Part shown: in pieces, positions 31,219 to 41,806 of the stretch
How the letters are laid out: each line of letters opens with the position of its first letter
How positions within the stretch are numbered: position 1 is the stretch's first letter
Origin: Actinomycetes bacterium
GTDB taxonomy: Bacteria; Actinomycetota; Actinomycetes; Propionibacteriales; Propionibacteriaceae
Assembly: GCA_030426725.1 (NCBI GenBank)
Contig: JAUHXZ010000002.1
Span: 5,673-69,672, forward strand
Direction of reading: 5' to 3'
Length of the DNA stretch: 64,000 nt
Program-made: the position numbers and the translations under genes
The notes under the pieces: model-generated
Database searches by the model: none
What the model was told of the DNA's origin: nothing
What the model saw: the letters and a program-made list of their open reading frames with translations, nothing else

Positions 31219-31530
31219 TCAGTCGACCGGGCCTCCGAAGATGTCGATGCGCTGGCCCTCGGCGACAGTCACGATCGCACGCTTGGTGTCGACCCTCTTG
31301 CCGTAGCCGTAGCGCGTGCGACGACGCTTGCCGGGCCGGTTGAGGGTGTTCACGGAGGTGACCTTGACGTCGAAGATGGCCTCGATGGCGATCTTGATCT
31401 CGGTCTTGTTGGCGTCGGGGGCCACCACGAAGGTGTACTTGCCCTCGTCGAGAAGGTTGTAGCTCTTCTCGCTCACCACCGGGCGAAGGATGATGTCGCG
31501 GTGGTCGCGGATCTTCAGTGCCTGCGTCAC
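31219..31530 (-). CDS. rplW: 50S ribosomal protein L23
   Basis: [19 protein letters not shown]. Confidence 0.97.
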   Translation of the reverse strand: MTQALKIRDHRDIILRPVVSEKSYNLLDEGKYTFVVAPDANKTEIKIAIEAIFDVKVTSVNTLNRPGKRRRTRYGYGKRVDTKRAIVTVAEGQRIDIFGGPVD

Positions 31531-32273
31531 TTGTCCTTCTCCTCAGTCTTCTTGGCGGCCTTGGCCTTGGGGGCCTCGGCGGCGGTCTCCTCGGCCGCGG
31601 CCTCCGACTCGGTCGCGACGGCCTCGGCCGACGCGCCGCCGGCGGGGCCGGCCACGAACGCGGCCAGGGCTGCGGAGGTGAACACGACCTTGTCGTTGAC
31701 CAGCACGTCGTAGGTGTTGAGCTGATCGACAGCCAGGGCGTGAACGGTGGGAACGTTGCGGAGGCTGAGCCAGGCGACGTCCTCGAAGCGGTCGAGGACG
31801 ACGAGGACCTTGCTCAGGTCACCGGCGACCGAGTTCAGCGCGGCGATCGCCGACTTGGTCGACGGCTTCTCGCCGGCGACGAGCTCGGAGATGACGAACA
31901 CCTGGCCGTCGCGGGCCCGGTCAGACAGCGCGCCGCGGAGAGCGGCGGCGACCATCTTCTTGGGGGTCCGCTGCGAGTAGTCGCGCGGCTGGGGGCCGTG
32001 CACGACGCCACCGCCGGTCCACTGCGGGGCGCGGCGCGAACCCTGGCGGGCGCGGCCGGTGCCCTTCTGGCGCCACGGCTTGATGCCACCGCCGCGGACG
32101 TCGCCGCGGGTCTTGGTGGCGTGCGTGCCCTGGCGGGCGGCGGCCAGCTGGGCCACCACGACCTGGTGGATAAGGGGGATGTTGGTCTGCGCGTCGAACA
32201 GGTCCGCGGGCAGCTCGGCCTTGCCGGCCTTCTTGCCCTTGGCGTCGACGACGTCAACGGTCAGATCGCTCAT
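31527..32273 (-). CDS. rplD: 50S ribosomal protein L4 with acidic tail
   Basis: [28 protein letters not shown]. Confidence 0.98.
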   Translation of the reverse strand: MSDLTVDVVDAKGKKAGKAELPADLFDAQTNIPLIHQVVVAQLAAARQGTHATKTRGDVRGGGIKPWRQKGTGRARQGSRRAPQWTGGGVVHGPQPRDYSQRTPKKMVAAALRGALSDRARDGQVFVISELVAGEKPSTKSAIAALNSVAGDLSKVLVVLDRFEDVAWLSLRNVPTVHALAVDQLNTYDVLVNDKVVFTSAALAAFVAGPAGGASAEAVATESEAAAEETAAEAPKAKAAKKTEEKDK

Positions 32274-32926
32274 GCTGCGTCACCCTTCTTGGCTGCACTG
32301 CGGACGACGACGAGGGAGCCCTTGTTGCCGGGGATGGCGCCGCGGACGAGCAGCAGGCCACGCTCCGCGTCGACGGCGTGAATCTGGAGGTTCTGGACGG
32401 TGACCTTGTCATTGCCCATCCGCCCGGCCATGCGCAGGCCCTTGAAGACCCTGCCGGGGGTGGCGCAGCCACCGATGGAGCCGGGCGCGCGGTGCTTGCG
32501 GTGCACACCGTGCGAGGCCTTGAGGCCACCGAAACCGTGGCGCTTCATGACACCGGCGGTGCCCTTGCCCTTGGTGGTGCCGGTCACGTCGATGACGTCG
32601 CCGTCGGCGAAGACCTCTGCGGTCAGCTCCTGGCCGAGGGAGAATTCCGACGCGTTGGAGGTGCGCAGCTCGACGAGGTGCTTGCGCGGAGTCACGTCCG
32701 CCTTGGCGAAGTGACCCGCCTCCGGCTTGGTGACCTTCTTGGCCTTGACGGCGCCGTAGCCGAGCTGGACGGCGGAGTAGCCGTCGGTCTCGGGGGTCCG
32801 GACCTGGGTCACGACGCAGGGGCCGGCCTGGATCACGGTCACGGGGACGACACGGTTGTTCTCGTCCCAGAGCTGGGTCATGCCGAGCTTGGTGCCCAGG
32901 ATGCCCTTCACGATTCGTTCACTCAT
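32270..32926 (-). CDS. rplC: 50S ribosomal protein L3
   Basis: [26 protein letters not shown]; start trimmed to MSERIVKG. Confidence 0.98.
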   Translation of the reverse strand: MSERIVKGILGTKLGMTQLWDENNRVVPVTVIQAGPCVVTQVRTPETDGYSAVQLGYGAVKAKKVTKPEAGHFAKADVTPRKHLVELRTSNASEFSLGQELTAEVFADGDVIDVTGTTKGKGTAGVMKRHGFGGLKASHGVHRKHRAPGSIGGCATPGRVFKGLRMAGRMGNDKVTVQNLQIHAVDAERGLLLVRGAIPGNKGSLVVVRSAAKKGDAA

Positions 32927-32937
32927 CTCAACAGACC

Positions 32938-33249
32938 TCACGGAAGCTTGATCTCGATGTCGACACCGGCAGGCAGGTCGAGCCGCATGAGCGAGTCGAC
33001 GGTCTTCGGCGTGGGATCGAGGATGTCGATCAGACGCTTGTGCGTGCGCATCTCGAAGTGCTCGCGGCTGTCCTTGTACTTGTGGGGCGAACGGATCACG
33101 CAGAACACGTTCTTCTCGGTAGGCAGCGGCACCGGGCCGGCCACCTTGGCACCCGTGCGAGTCACGGTGTCGACGATCTTGCGCGCCGAGCTGTCGATGA
33201 CCTCATGGTCATACGCCCGCAGCCTGATGCGGATCTTTTGTCCAGCCAC
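32938..33249 (-). CDS. rpsJ: 30S ribosomal protein S10
   Basis: [33 protein letters not shown]. Confidence 0.98.
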   Translation of the reverse strand: MAGQKIRIRLRAYDHEVIDSSARKIVDTVTRTGAKVAGPVPLPTEKNVFCVIRSPHKYKDSREHFEMRTHKRLIDILDPTPKTVDSLMRLDLPAGVDIEIKLP

Positions 33250-33469
33250 AGTCGTTCCTTCTTCTCTAGCCCTTTGGAAATTTCAAAAGTCCCTGGGGGT
33301 TAAACCCCTAGTCGCTCCAGCACCCGAGGTCGGGAGTGTCGCGCTTAGTCCCCTACGGCGGCCCTGGATTCCTTCGGGATCCGGACCCAGACCCGTGGGT
33401 CTTTCAGTTCGATCACCTGCTCGAGGCCGGCGGCGCAGAACCACCCACCCCTCGCGGAGCAACCTGACT

Positions 33470-33498
33470 ATTCTGGCATGCCTGTCCCCGCTGACCAA
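33470..33498 (-). promoter_or_regulatory. S10 operon promoter candidate
   Basis: TTGGTC-N17-CAGAAT. Confidence 0.45.
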
Positions 33499-33532
33499 AT
33501 CGGGCCCGGATAGGGCGGGCCCGGTCCCCCGA

Positions 33533-33655
33533 CGTCGCACAGCGTGCCGCACTTCGCACAGCTGGATGTTCCTCGCATAGCGCATGCGCTATGCGAAGAG
33601 CGCCAGCCTATGCGACGTGGCTACGGACGCGCCACGAGCTGTGCGACGACGTGCG
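33533..33655. repeat. Nested palindromic (REP-like) element
   Basis: Perfect 24-bp palindrome 33573-33596 inside an 11-bp outer inverted repeat (33533-33543/33638-33648), plus a hairpin at ~33616-33636. Confidence 0.75.
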
Positions 33656-33666
33656 GGGCGCCGGGC

Positions 33667-34527
33667 CTAGTAGGTGGTCAGCCCGTGGGCGCGGAAGATG
33701 TCACGCGCCCGCTCGACGTCGGCGGCCGACGGCGCCTGCGTGGCGGTCAGCGCGTAGTCCATCCCCAGCTCGGTCCACTTGTCGCGGCCCATCTGGTGGA
33801 ACGGCAGGACCTCGACGCGGGTCACCTGGGGCAGGCTCGCCGCGTAGGCGGCGACCCGGCCGACGTTGGCGTCGCCGTCGGTGAGGCCGGGGACCAGCAC
33901 GAAGCGGATCCAGGTCTCGATGCCGCGCTCGGCGAGGCGGCGGCCGAACTCGAGCGTCGGCGCGAGGGTGCGGCCGGTAACAGCCTTGTAGGTGTCCTCA
34001 TCGCCGGACTTCACGTCGAGGAGCACGAGATCCACGTCGTCGAGCATCGCGTCGTCGGCGTTGCGCCCGAGGAAGCCGGACGTGTCGATGGCGGTGTGGA
34101 TGCCCATCTCCTTGGCTCCGCGCAGGATCCGGCGGGCGAAGGCGGGCTGCTGCAGCACCTCTCCACCCGAGAGGGTGATCCCCCCGCCCGTGGCCCGGAA
34201 GACCCCGCGGTAGCGCCGGATCCGGGCGAGCAGGTCGTCGGCGAACACAGGGACGCCGCGCGCCGCGCTCATGGTGTCGGGGTTATGGCAGTAGAGGCAG
34301 CGCAGGGGGCACCCGGCCAGGAAGGTAGTCATGCGGGTGCCGGGCCCGTCGACGGCGGTGACAAGCTCCCAGGAGTGCACGGAGCCCACCTGGCCCGAAC
34401 GCTGCCCGGCAAGCAGGTCGGAGCGATCCAGGTGCTCGGCGGTCGCCAGGCCGCCCAGCATCGTGGAGACGCGCGCGGGCGTCGCGGCCGCCGGAGCGGC
34501 CACGACGCCCGTCGTGGTGTCGGCCAC
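33667..34527 (-). CDS. pflA: Pyruvate formate-lyase activating enzyme (radical SAM)
   Basis: VDGPGTR, GCPLRCLYCHNPDT, SGGE, DTSGF. Confidence 0.95.
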   Translation of the reverse strand: MADTTTGVVAAPAAATPARVSTMLGGLATAEHLDRSDLLAGQRSGQVGSVHSWELVTAVDGPGTRMTTFLAGCPLRCLYCHNPDTMSAARGVPVFADDLLARIRRYRGVFRATGGGITLSGGEVLQQPAFARRILRGAKEMGIHTAIDTSGFLGRNADDAMLDDVDLVLLDVKSGDEDTYKAVTGRTLAPTLEFGRRLAERGIETWIRFVLVPGLTDGDANVGRVAAYAASLPQVTRVEVLPFHQMGRDKWTELGMDYALTATQAPSAADVERARDIFRAHGLTTY

Positions 34528-34532
34528 GGCGC

Positions 34533-36803
34533 TCAGAGCGCCTCGTGGAACGTGCGCGACAGCACGTCCATCTGCTGCTCGCGCGTGAGCCGGACGAAGT
34601 TGACCGCGTAGCCCGAGACCCGGATGGTCAGCTGCGGGTACTTCTCCGGGTTGTCCATCGCGTCGATGAGGGTCTCCCGGTTCAGCACGTTGATGTTGGC
34701 GTGGTAGAGCCCCTCCCCCATGCCGGCGTCCAGGATGCCGACCAGGTTGGCCACGCGCTCCTCCTCCGTGCGACCCAGCGCCGACGGCGTGATGGTGTTG
34801 GTGAGCGAGATGCCGTCGAGCGCGTCGTCGTAGGACAGTTTCCCGACGCTCATCATGGAGGCGAGCATGCCGTGCGTGTCGGCGCCGTTGCGCGGGTTGG
34901 CGCCCGGAGCGAACGGGGTGCCGGCGGCATGCCCGCAGGGGAACGCCCCGGTGGCCTTGCCGTACACGACGTTGGAGGTGATCGTCAGCACCGACTGCGT
35001 CGGAACGGCATCGCGGTACAGCTTGATGCTGCGGATCTTGTCCATGACGGTGCTGACGACGAGCTGGGCCAGTTCGTCGGCGCGGTCATCGTCGTTGCCG
35101 TAGGTCGGGAAGTCGCCCTCGGTGATGTAGTCGACGACCAGGCCGGACTCGTCGCGCACAGGGGTGACGGTGGCGTACTTGATGGCCGCCAGGGAGTCGG
35201 CGACGATCGACAGACCGGCGATCCCGCAACCCAGCGTGCGAACGATCTCGTCGTCGTGCAGCGCCATCTCGACGGCTTCGTAGGCGTACTTGTCGTGGCT
35301 GTAGTGGATGATGTTGAGCGCCTCGACGTAGGTCTCGACGGCCCAGGTGAGCATCCGGTCGTAGGCGGCCCACACGGTGTCGAAGTCCAGCGGCGCGTCG
35401 CCGGTCAGCGGCTCGCACCCCTCAACGACCTGCTTGCCGGTCATCTCGTCACGCCCGCCGTTGATGGCGTACAGCAGCGCCTTGGCGGAGTTCAGCCGGG
35501 CCCCGAAGAACTGCATCTGCTTGCCGACGGCCATCGGGGACACGCAGCACGCGATCGCCGTGTCGTCGCCCCAGTGGCAGCGGATCTCCTCGTCGGACTC
35601 GTACTGGATGGCCGACGTCTCGATGGAGATCGCCGAGCAGAAGTCCTTGTAGCCCTGCGGCAGGCGGGCGTCCCAGTAGATGGTGATGTTCGGCTCGGGC
35701 GCCGGGCCGAGGTTGCGCAGCGTCTGCAGCAGACGGAAGGACGTCTTCGTCACCAGGGTGCGGCCGTCGTCGGCGAACCCGCCGTCGGACCAGGTGGCCC
35801 AGTAGGGGTCACCGGAGAAGATCTGGTCGTAGTCCTGGGTGCGGAGGAAACGGACGATGCGCAGCTTGGTGACCAGCGCGTCAATGATCTCCTGGGCGTC
35901 GGACTCCGTGAGCGTGCCGGCGGCGAGGTCGCGCTCGGCGTAGACGTCGAAGAAGCCGGAGAGGCGGCCGATGCTCATGGCGGCGCCGTCCTGGCTCTTC
36001 ACCGACGCGAGGTACGCGAGGTAGGTCCACTGGACGGCCTCGGCGAACGTCGCGGCGGGGCGGCCGAGGTCGAAGCCGTAGGAGGCACCGAGGTTCTTCA
36101 GCTTCTGCAGGGCCTTGATCTGCTCGGCGTGCTCCTCGCGGTAGCGGGCCCAGTTCTCGCTGAAGGGCTGGTCGACGATGGAGTCCATGTCGGCGCGCTT
36201 GGCCTCGATGAGCCGGTCCAGGCCGTAGAGGGCGACGCGGCGGTAGTCGCCGATGATGCGGCCGCGGCCGTAGGCGTCGGGCAGGCCGGTGATGAGGTGC
36301 GCGCTGCGGGCCTTGCGGATGCGCGGGGTGTAGATGTCGAAGACGGCCTCGTTGTGCGTCTTGCGGTAGCGGGTGAAGATCTCCTTGACCTGTGGGTCGA
36401 TCTCGAGCCCGGCCTCACGGATGGCGGTCTCGACCATGCGCCAGCCGCCGGCGGGCATCATGGGGCGCTTGAGCGGGGTGTCGGTCTGCAGGCCGACGAC
36501 GACATCGTCGTCGCTGCTGATGTAGCCCGCGGGGAAGGCGTCGACGTCGGCGGGGATGTGGGTCTCCACGTCGTAGACCCGCTGCGTGCGCTCCACGCTC
36601 AGGAACTCGCGCTGCAGGGTGTCCCACACCCGGAGGGTCTTCTCGGTGGGGCCGGCGAGGAACTCGGCGGTGCCGGAGTAGGGGGTGAAGTTGGTGAGGA
36701 TGAAGTCACGGACGTCGATGGCGGACTGCCACTCACCCGGGTGGAAACCTACCCAGGGATCATCGGACGAGGTTGCTTCTTCGAGGGTGGCCGAGGCCGT
36801 CAT
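34533..36803 (-). CDS. pflB: Formate C-acetyltransferase (pyruvate formate-lyase)
   Basis: [17 protein letters not shown], catalytic IACCVS, glycyl loop [11 protein letters not shown]; start trimmed to MTASATLEE (SD CAGGAG). Confidence 0.96.
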   Translation of the reverse strand: MTASATLEEATSSDDPWVGFHPGEWQSAIDVRDFILTNFTPYSGTAEFLAGPTEKTLRVWDTLQREFLSVERTQRVYDVETHIPADVDAFPAGYISSDDDVVVGLQTDTPLKRPMMPAGGWRMVETAIREAGLEIDPQVKEIFTRYRKTHNEAVFDIYTPRIRKARSAHLITGLPDAYGRGRIIGDYRRVALYGLDRLIEAKRADMDSIVDQPFSENWARYREEHAEQIKALQKLKNLGASYGFDLGRPAATFAEAVQWTYLAYLASVKSQDGAAMSIGRLSGFFDVYAERDLAAGTLTESDAQEIIDALVTKLRIVRFLRTQDYDQIFSGDPYWATWSDGGFADDGRTLVTKTSFRLLQTLRNLGPAPEPNITIYWDARLPQGYKDFCSAISIETSAIQYESDEEIRCHWGDDTAIACCVSPMAVGKQMQFFGARLNSAKALLYAINGGRDEMTGKQVVEGCEPLTGDAPLDFDTVWAAYDRMLTWAVETYVEALNIIHYSHDKYAYEAVEMALHDDEIVRTLGCGIAGLSIVADSLAAIKYATVTPVRDESGLVVDYITEGDFPTYGNDDDRADELAQLVVSTVMDKIRSIKLYRDAVPTQSVLTITSNVVYGKATGAFPCGHAAGTPFAPGANPRNGADTHGMLASMMSVGKLSYDDALDGISLTNTITPSALGRTEEERVANLVGILDAGMGEGLYHANINVLNRETLIDAMDNPEKYPQLTIRVSGYAVNFVRLTREQQMDVLSRTFHEAL

Positions 36804-36964
36804 GGTGCTCCTGAGTGTCGCGAGAAACTGACTGTTACTCGGAGGCACCACGATGGCCGACACCCCGGGGACGGTTCCCGCCAGGGAAGCCGGCCACCGC
36901 GGTGTCGCCAACGATCTTCATTAATACTACTACTCGTAGGAATACCCAAAACGGGCACCCCCGG

Positions 36965-39937
36965 TTAGCGCCCGTCCACCTCCAGGGCCAGCGCCCAGGC
37001 CGCCGCGCGGGGCCGCAGCTGGTACTCGGGACGCACGTCGGGGCCGCACGACCGCGAGCCGAGCCCGTGCTGCTGCACGTCCAGGTAGAGATGGGTCGCC
37101 GTCGACTCGGGCAGCTCGAACGGGTGCGCCGCCGCGGCCACCTGGTGCGCGTCGTGGGCCCGGATGGTGAAGCCCGGCAACTCTCCACCGGCGCGCTCGG
37201 CCCGGACGGTGAGCCCGAGGCCGGGGAGCGCCAGCTCGCGGAGGTCCATGCGGTGGCCGCTCTCCTGCGGCACGGCGTAGTCGACGACCAGGTCCGCGAC
37301 GTTCGACTCGAACCGGCCGACGTAGGCGGCCGTCGCGGAGTCGGCGTAGTTCTCGGCCGGACCGGTGCCGAACCAGGCGACGCGGTCCACGCCGGCGGGC
37401 AGCTCGAAGTGGAGCCCGACCCTGGGCCACGTCCCGGTCCATCCGCGGGTCGGTTCGGCGGAGGCGTCGAGACGCAGTACGCCGCCGTCGAGGCTCCACC
37501 GGAGCTCCACCACGACGGCCTGGCGGGTGGCGGCGGGCGCGTAGCGGTGCAGGACAGTGACGGTCCCCGTGCCGGCTGCCACGTCGAGGACGCGGCGGTG
37601 CACGCGGTCGAGGCCCGCCTCGCGCCACAGGTCGGCCGACGACGGACCCGGCCCGCCGAGCCCGCGCGACGCGGTGGGCTCCACGTCGACGTAGGAGGGG
37701 AACTCACCGAGGGCATCGTTCTCCGTGGGCGCGCGCCACAACTCGAGGCGGGGGCCTCGCACGCTTCGCCCGGCCAGCTCGACGAGATCGCCGGTGCGCG
37801 AGTCGAAGGTAGCCGGGCCGAGGCGGAGGGTCCCGTCCTCGGCAGCGGACACGTCCCCGGCGGGGGCGCGCCGGGGCGCGGGCGGCGCGGCGGCGATGAG
37901 CGTCTGGTCGCGCGCCACGACGTGCCCGGCGGGCGCCCAGGCTCCGTCGGCGGCGGTGACGGCCTCGACGGTGCGCCACAGCTCCCCCTCCGTGGGTCGC
38001 TGCGGCGTGGGCATCTCGGCCGCCACGAGCTCGCCGGGGGCGACGTGGCGGATCTCCACCTCGCCGGAGGCGGTGACCACGCCGTCGATCTCGTCGCGCC
38101 AGAGGATGCGCAGATCTCCGGTGTCGCCGTCGTGGCGGCGGTTCTCGACGGTCAGTTCCCAGTCCTCGACCGTGAGCTTGATCGGCGCGACGACGGCCGC
38201 GAACTCGCCGAGCATCGGGCTGGGCGTGCCATCGGAGAGCAGGAGGCCGTCGCAGACGAACGAGCCGTCGTGGAGCTGTTCGCCGAAGTCGCCGCCGTAG
38301 CCGAAGTACTCGACCCCGTCGGGAGTGGTGGTGCGCAGGCCATGGTCGCGCCACTCCCACACGAAACCGCCGTGCCACTGGGGCAGGGTGTCGAACTGCT
38401 CCTCGTAGTCGGCGATGGCGCCGGCGCCGTTGCCCATGGCGTGGACGTACTCGCACTGGATCATCGGGCGCCCGGCCAGCACAGCCGCGCGGCCGGCGGA
38501 GCCGTGCGCGTTGTTGCCGGTGCCCGCGGACATGTCCTGCATCTCCTCGACCGTCGCGTACATCCGCGACACGAGGTCGGTGTAGCGGCCCTCGAAGTCG
38601 GGCTCGTAGTGCACGGGGCGCTCGGGGTCGCGGCGGTGCAGCCAGGCCGCCATGGCCGCGGCGTTGGCTCCGGTCCACGACTCGTTGCCGAGGCTCCAGG
38701 CGACGATCGACGGGTGGTTCTTGTCGCGCTCGAACATCCGCTCGACGCGGTCGAGCAGCGCGTCGCGCCAGCGCGGGTCGTCGGTGGGGTTGTCCACCCA
38801 GTCGCCGGTCACGAAGCCATGCGTCTCGAGGTCGCACTCGTCGATGACCCAGAAGCCGATCTCGTCGGCGAGGTCGAAGAACGCGGGGTGCGGCGGGTAG
38901 TGGGAGGTGCGGATCGCATTGACGTTGTGCCGCTTCATGAGGTGCATCTGGGCGCGCACCTTGTCGGCGTCGAACACGCGCCCGTTGTCGGGGTCGTACT
39001 CGTGACGGTTGACGCCGCGGATGCGTAGCTTGCGCCCGTTGACGCGCCACTCGTGGCCGACGATCTCGATACGGCGGAAGCCGACGTGGAGACGCCTGGT
39101 CTCAGCGGCGCAGGACACGACCGCCTCGTAGCGCGTGGGGCGATCGGCACTCCAGGGCGACACGTTGCCCGCCGGGATGGGGGCGACGTCTTCGGGGGTG
39201 TCGAAGGTGGCCTCGACGCCGAGCGCGTCGACGCGGACGGTCACGGGATACGCGGCGGCCTCGGCGCGGATCTCCGGGACGAGGGTGCCCTCGCGGGTGG
39301 TGGGGTCGAAGTCGGCGCGCAGCCACACGTCGTCGATGCCGGCGTCCGGGCGCGAGAGGATCGTGACGGGGCGGAAGATGCCGGGCAGCCACCACTGGTC
39401 CTGGTCCTCGAGGTAGCTGGCGGCCGACCACTGGTGGACGCGCACGTGCAGCACGTTGCGGCCGGGTCGCGCCTCGGCGGTGACGTCGAGTTCCTGCGCG
39501 AGGCGGCTGCCCCGCACGACCCCGACCCGGGTCCCGTTCAGCGACACGATCGCGAGGGATTCGACGCCGTCGAAACGGAGGATGACGCGTTCGCCGAAAC
39601 CTTCCGGAAGCTCGAAGTCGACGCGGTGGTCGCCCGTGGGGTTGTCGTCGGGCACGAACGGCGGCTCGACGGGGAACGGGTAGTTGACGTTGGTGTAGAT
39701 GGGGCGGCCCCAGTCGTCGCGGCCCTGGAGCACCCAGTGCCCGGGGACCGCGATGGTGTCCCAGCCCGAGTCGTCGAAGTCGACCGCCTCGGCGCCCTCG
39801 GGCGCGAGATCCGGACGGGCCGCGAAGTGGAACCGCCACGTGCCGCTCAGATCGATCTCGGGGGCGCTCGACTCCAGCCTGGACCGCGGCTGGATCCGTC
39901 GGCCGGAACCGGGAGAGAAGGAGATGATCTCGGACAC
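36965..39937 (-). CDS. GH2 beta-galactosidase (LacZ/EbgA-like)
   Basis: RGVNRHE, NAIRTSHYP, acid/base WSLGNES, nucleophile CEYVHAMGNG; GTG start with SD GGAGGT. Confidence 0.92.
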   Translation of the reverse strand: MSEIISFSPGSGRRIQPRSRLESSAPEIDLSGTWRFHFAARPDLAPEGAEAVDFDDSGWDTIAVPGHWVLQGRDDWGRPIYTNVNYPFPVEPPFVPDDNPTGDHRVDFELPEGFGERVILRFDGVESLAIVSLNGTRVGVVRGSRLAQELDVTAEARPGRNVLHVRVHQWSAASYLEDQDQWWLPGIFRPVTILSRPDAGIDDVWLRADFDPTTREGTLVPEIRAEAAAYPVTVRVDALGVEATFDTPEDVAPIPAGNVSPWSADRPTRYEAVVSCAAETRRLHVGFRRIEIVGHEWRVNGRKLRIRGVNRHEYDPDNGRVFDADKVRAQMHLMKRHNVNAIRTSHYPPHPAFFDLADEIGFWVIDECDLETHGFVTGDWVDNPTDDPRWRDALLDRVERMFERDKNHPSIVAWSLGNESWTGANAAAMAAWLHRRDPERPVHYEPDFEGRYTDLVSRMYATVEEMQDMSAGTGNNAHGSAGRAAVLAGRPMIQCEYVHAMGNGAGAIADYEEQFDTLPQWHGGFVWEWRDHGLRTTTPDGVEYFGYGGDFGEQLHDGSFVCDGLLLSDGTPSPMLGEFAAVVAPIKLTVEDWELTVENRRHDGDTGDLRILWRDEIDGVVTASGEVEIRHVAPGELVAAEMPTPQRPTEGELWRTVEAVTAADGAWAPAGHVVARDQTLIAAAPPAPRRAPAGDVSAAEDGTLRLGPATFDSRTGDLVELAGRSVRGPRLELWRAPTENDALGEFPSYVDVEPTASRGLGGPGPSSADLWREAGLDRVHRRVLDVAAGTGTVTVLHRYAPAATRQAVVVELRWSLDGGVLRLDASAEPTRGWTGTWPRVGLHFELPAGVDRVAWFGTGPAENYADSATAAYVGRFESNVADLVVDYAVPQESGHRMDLRELALPGLGLTVRAERAGGELPGFTIRAHDAHQVAAAAHPFELPESTATHLYLDVQQHGLGSRSCGPDVRPEYQLRPRAAAWALALEVDGR

Positions 39938-40065
39938 GTGTGCTACCTCCGTTGGAATGGACCTGCAGGAACCAACCCTAGTGGGGCGACGCGGCGCCAC
40001 CGCATCCGCGGGTCCCACCTAGACTCGCCCCAACCCGCCGACCGCGCGGGAAGCGAGGAGGGGCG

Positions 40066-41451
40066 ATGACCACCATCTGCTGGTTTCGACGAGGGCTCCG
40101 CCTGGACGACCATCCCGCCCTCAGTGCGGCCGCGGCCGGCGGCCCCGTGGTCCCGCTGGTGATCCTCGACCCCGCGGAGGCCGCGGCGCGGCCGGCGTCG
40201 GCGGAACGGCAGGCACTCGCTCTCCGCCCGCTCGACGAGGCCCTGCGCCGGCACGGCAGCCGGCTCGTCGTGCGGCGCGGCCAGCCGAGGGAGGTGCTCC
40301 GGGACCTCATCGCGGAGACCGGGGCGACGGTCGTCCACACAACGGCGGGGTTCCCGTCGGCCTCCGATGACGACCCGGCGGCCGCGGTGCAGGCGTGCGG
40401 GGCCGAGCTGCGCGTCCATCCTCCGGGGGACCTGGCGGAGCGGGGGTCGGTCCTCACCGGCGCCGGCGGAACGTTCAAGGTGTTCTCGCCGTTCTTCCGG
40501 GCGTTGAAGCGGGTCGACGTCGCGGCTCCGATCGGGGTGCCCGAACTCACCGCCCCGGCGTCGTGGCCGGGCTCGGAGCCGCTCGACTGGTCCGAGGCGC
40601 GGGCGTCGATGAGGCACGGCTGGGATCCCGTGGCCCGCGCGGCCCGGCCCGGCGCAGACGCGGCCCTCGGGTCGCTGGAGGAGTTCCTCGACGGCCCGGT
40701 GGCGGACTACCCGGAGCACCGGGATCTGCCGGGCCTCGCCGCCACCTCGGGGCTCTCGGACGCGCTCGCCGTCGGGGAGATCAGCGCCCGGAGCGTCTGG
40801 CACCGCTGCCTGCCGGCCTGGCGCTCGGGGGCGCCGGGCGTCGAGGACTTCCTGTCCGAGCTCGCCTGGCGGGAGTTCGCGCGGGACCTGCTGCACGACT
40901 TCCCGGAGCTCGCGACCCGGTGCTGGCGGCCCGAATGGGAGCACTTCCCCTGGGAGGGGGACTCCGACGCGGCGGAGGCATGGCGGCGTGGCGAGACCGG
41001 CGTCGAGATGGTCGACGCCGGGATGCGTGAACTGTTCGCCACCGGCCGGATGCACAACCGCGTGCGGATGATCGCCGCCAGCTACCTGACCAAGCACCTG
41101 CTCACCGACTGGCGCGTCGGGCTGGCGTGGTTCGAGCAGACGCTCACCGACTGGGACGCGGCGTCGAACGCGATGAACTGGCAGTGGGTGGCCGGCTGCG
41201 GCCCCGACGCATCGCCGTTCTTCCGGGTCTTCAACCCGGACACGCAGGCGAAGAAGTTCGACGGCGACGGCGCCTACCGCCGCTACTGGCTCTCCCCCGA
41301 CGGGGCCGGCGCCCGACTCTTCGCCGAGGCGGCGCCGAGGTCCTGGGGGGTCGACCCTTCCGCCCCGCGCCCCGAGCCGCTGGTGGACCTGTCGGCCGGC
41401 CGGGCCCGCGCGCTGGCCGCCTACGAGTCGCTGCGGGCCGCCAACTCCTGA
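40066..41451 (+). CDS. phrB: Deoxyribodipyrimidine photolyase (class I-like)
   Basis: WFRRGLRLDDHPAL, TSGLS, ELAWREF, GRMHNRVRMIAASYLTK, DWR, NWQW, PFFRVFNP. Confidence 0.9.
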   Translation: MTTICWFRRGLRLDDHPALSAAAAGGPVVPLVILDPAEAAARPASAERQALALRPLDEALRRHGSRLVVRRGQPREVLRDLIAETGATVVHTTAGFPSASDDDPAAAVQACGAELRVHPPGDLAERGSVLTGAGGTFKVFSPFFRALKRVDVAAPIGVPELTAPASWPGSEPLDWSEARASMRHGWDPVARAARPGADAALGSLEEFLDGPVADYPEHRDLPGLAATSGLSDALAVGEISARSVWHRCLPAWRSGAPGVEDFLSELAWREFARDLLHDFPELATRCWRPEWEHFPWEGDSDAAEAWRRGETGVEMVDAGMRELFATGRMHNRVRMIAASYLTKHLLTDWRVGLAWFEQTLTDWDAASNAMNWQWVAGCGPDASPFFRVFNPDTQAKKFDGDGAYRRYWLSPDGAGARLFAEAAPRSWGVDPSAPRPEPLVDLSAGRARALAAYESLRAANS

Positions 41452-41480
41452 CCTGCCCGTCTTCCGTAGGTCTCATTCCC

Positions 41481-41710
41481 GACGCCAGCCATATGTCGCA
41501 ACGCCTGCGCAATTGCGCTGGCATCGCGCACCAAGACTGGCGTCCACCGGTGATGAGCGCCCAACCGCCGGCCAACAGCATGAGGGTGGCGAGGGGTGGG
41601 GCCGGGGCAGGTTGGGTGGGCGTCGCGAATGGAGAGGGCGCGTGTCGCGCACTCTCCAGAGCGTGGGCGGCCCGGCCCCACCCCTCGACACCCGGGCCTG
41701 GGCACAGTTC
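41481..41710. repeat. Dispersed structured repeat, copy B (single unit)
   Basis: Same leader and arms as copies A and C; different apical hairpin. Confidence 0.9.
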
Positions 41711-41806
41711 TCCTGACCGGCTCCGGCTCAAACGGCGGATCGCAAGCGGGATCGGCGTGTCGGGGGTTGGGGCTGCACCCCGGGGTTGGCTACAGTCAAC
41801 GGCCGT

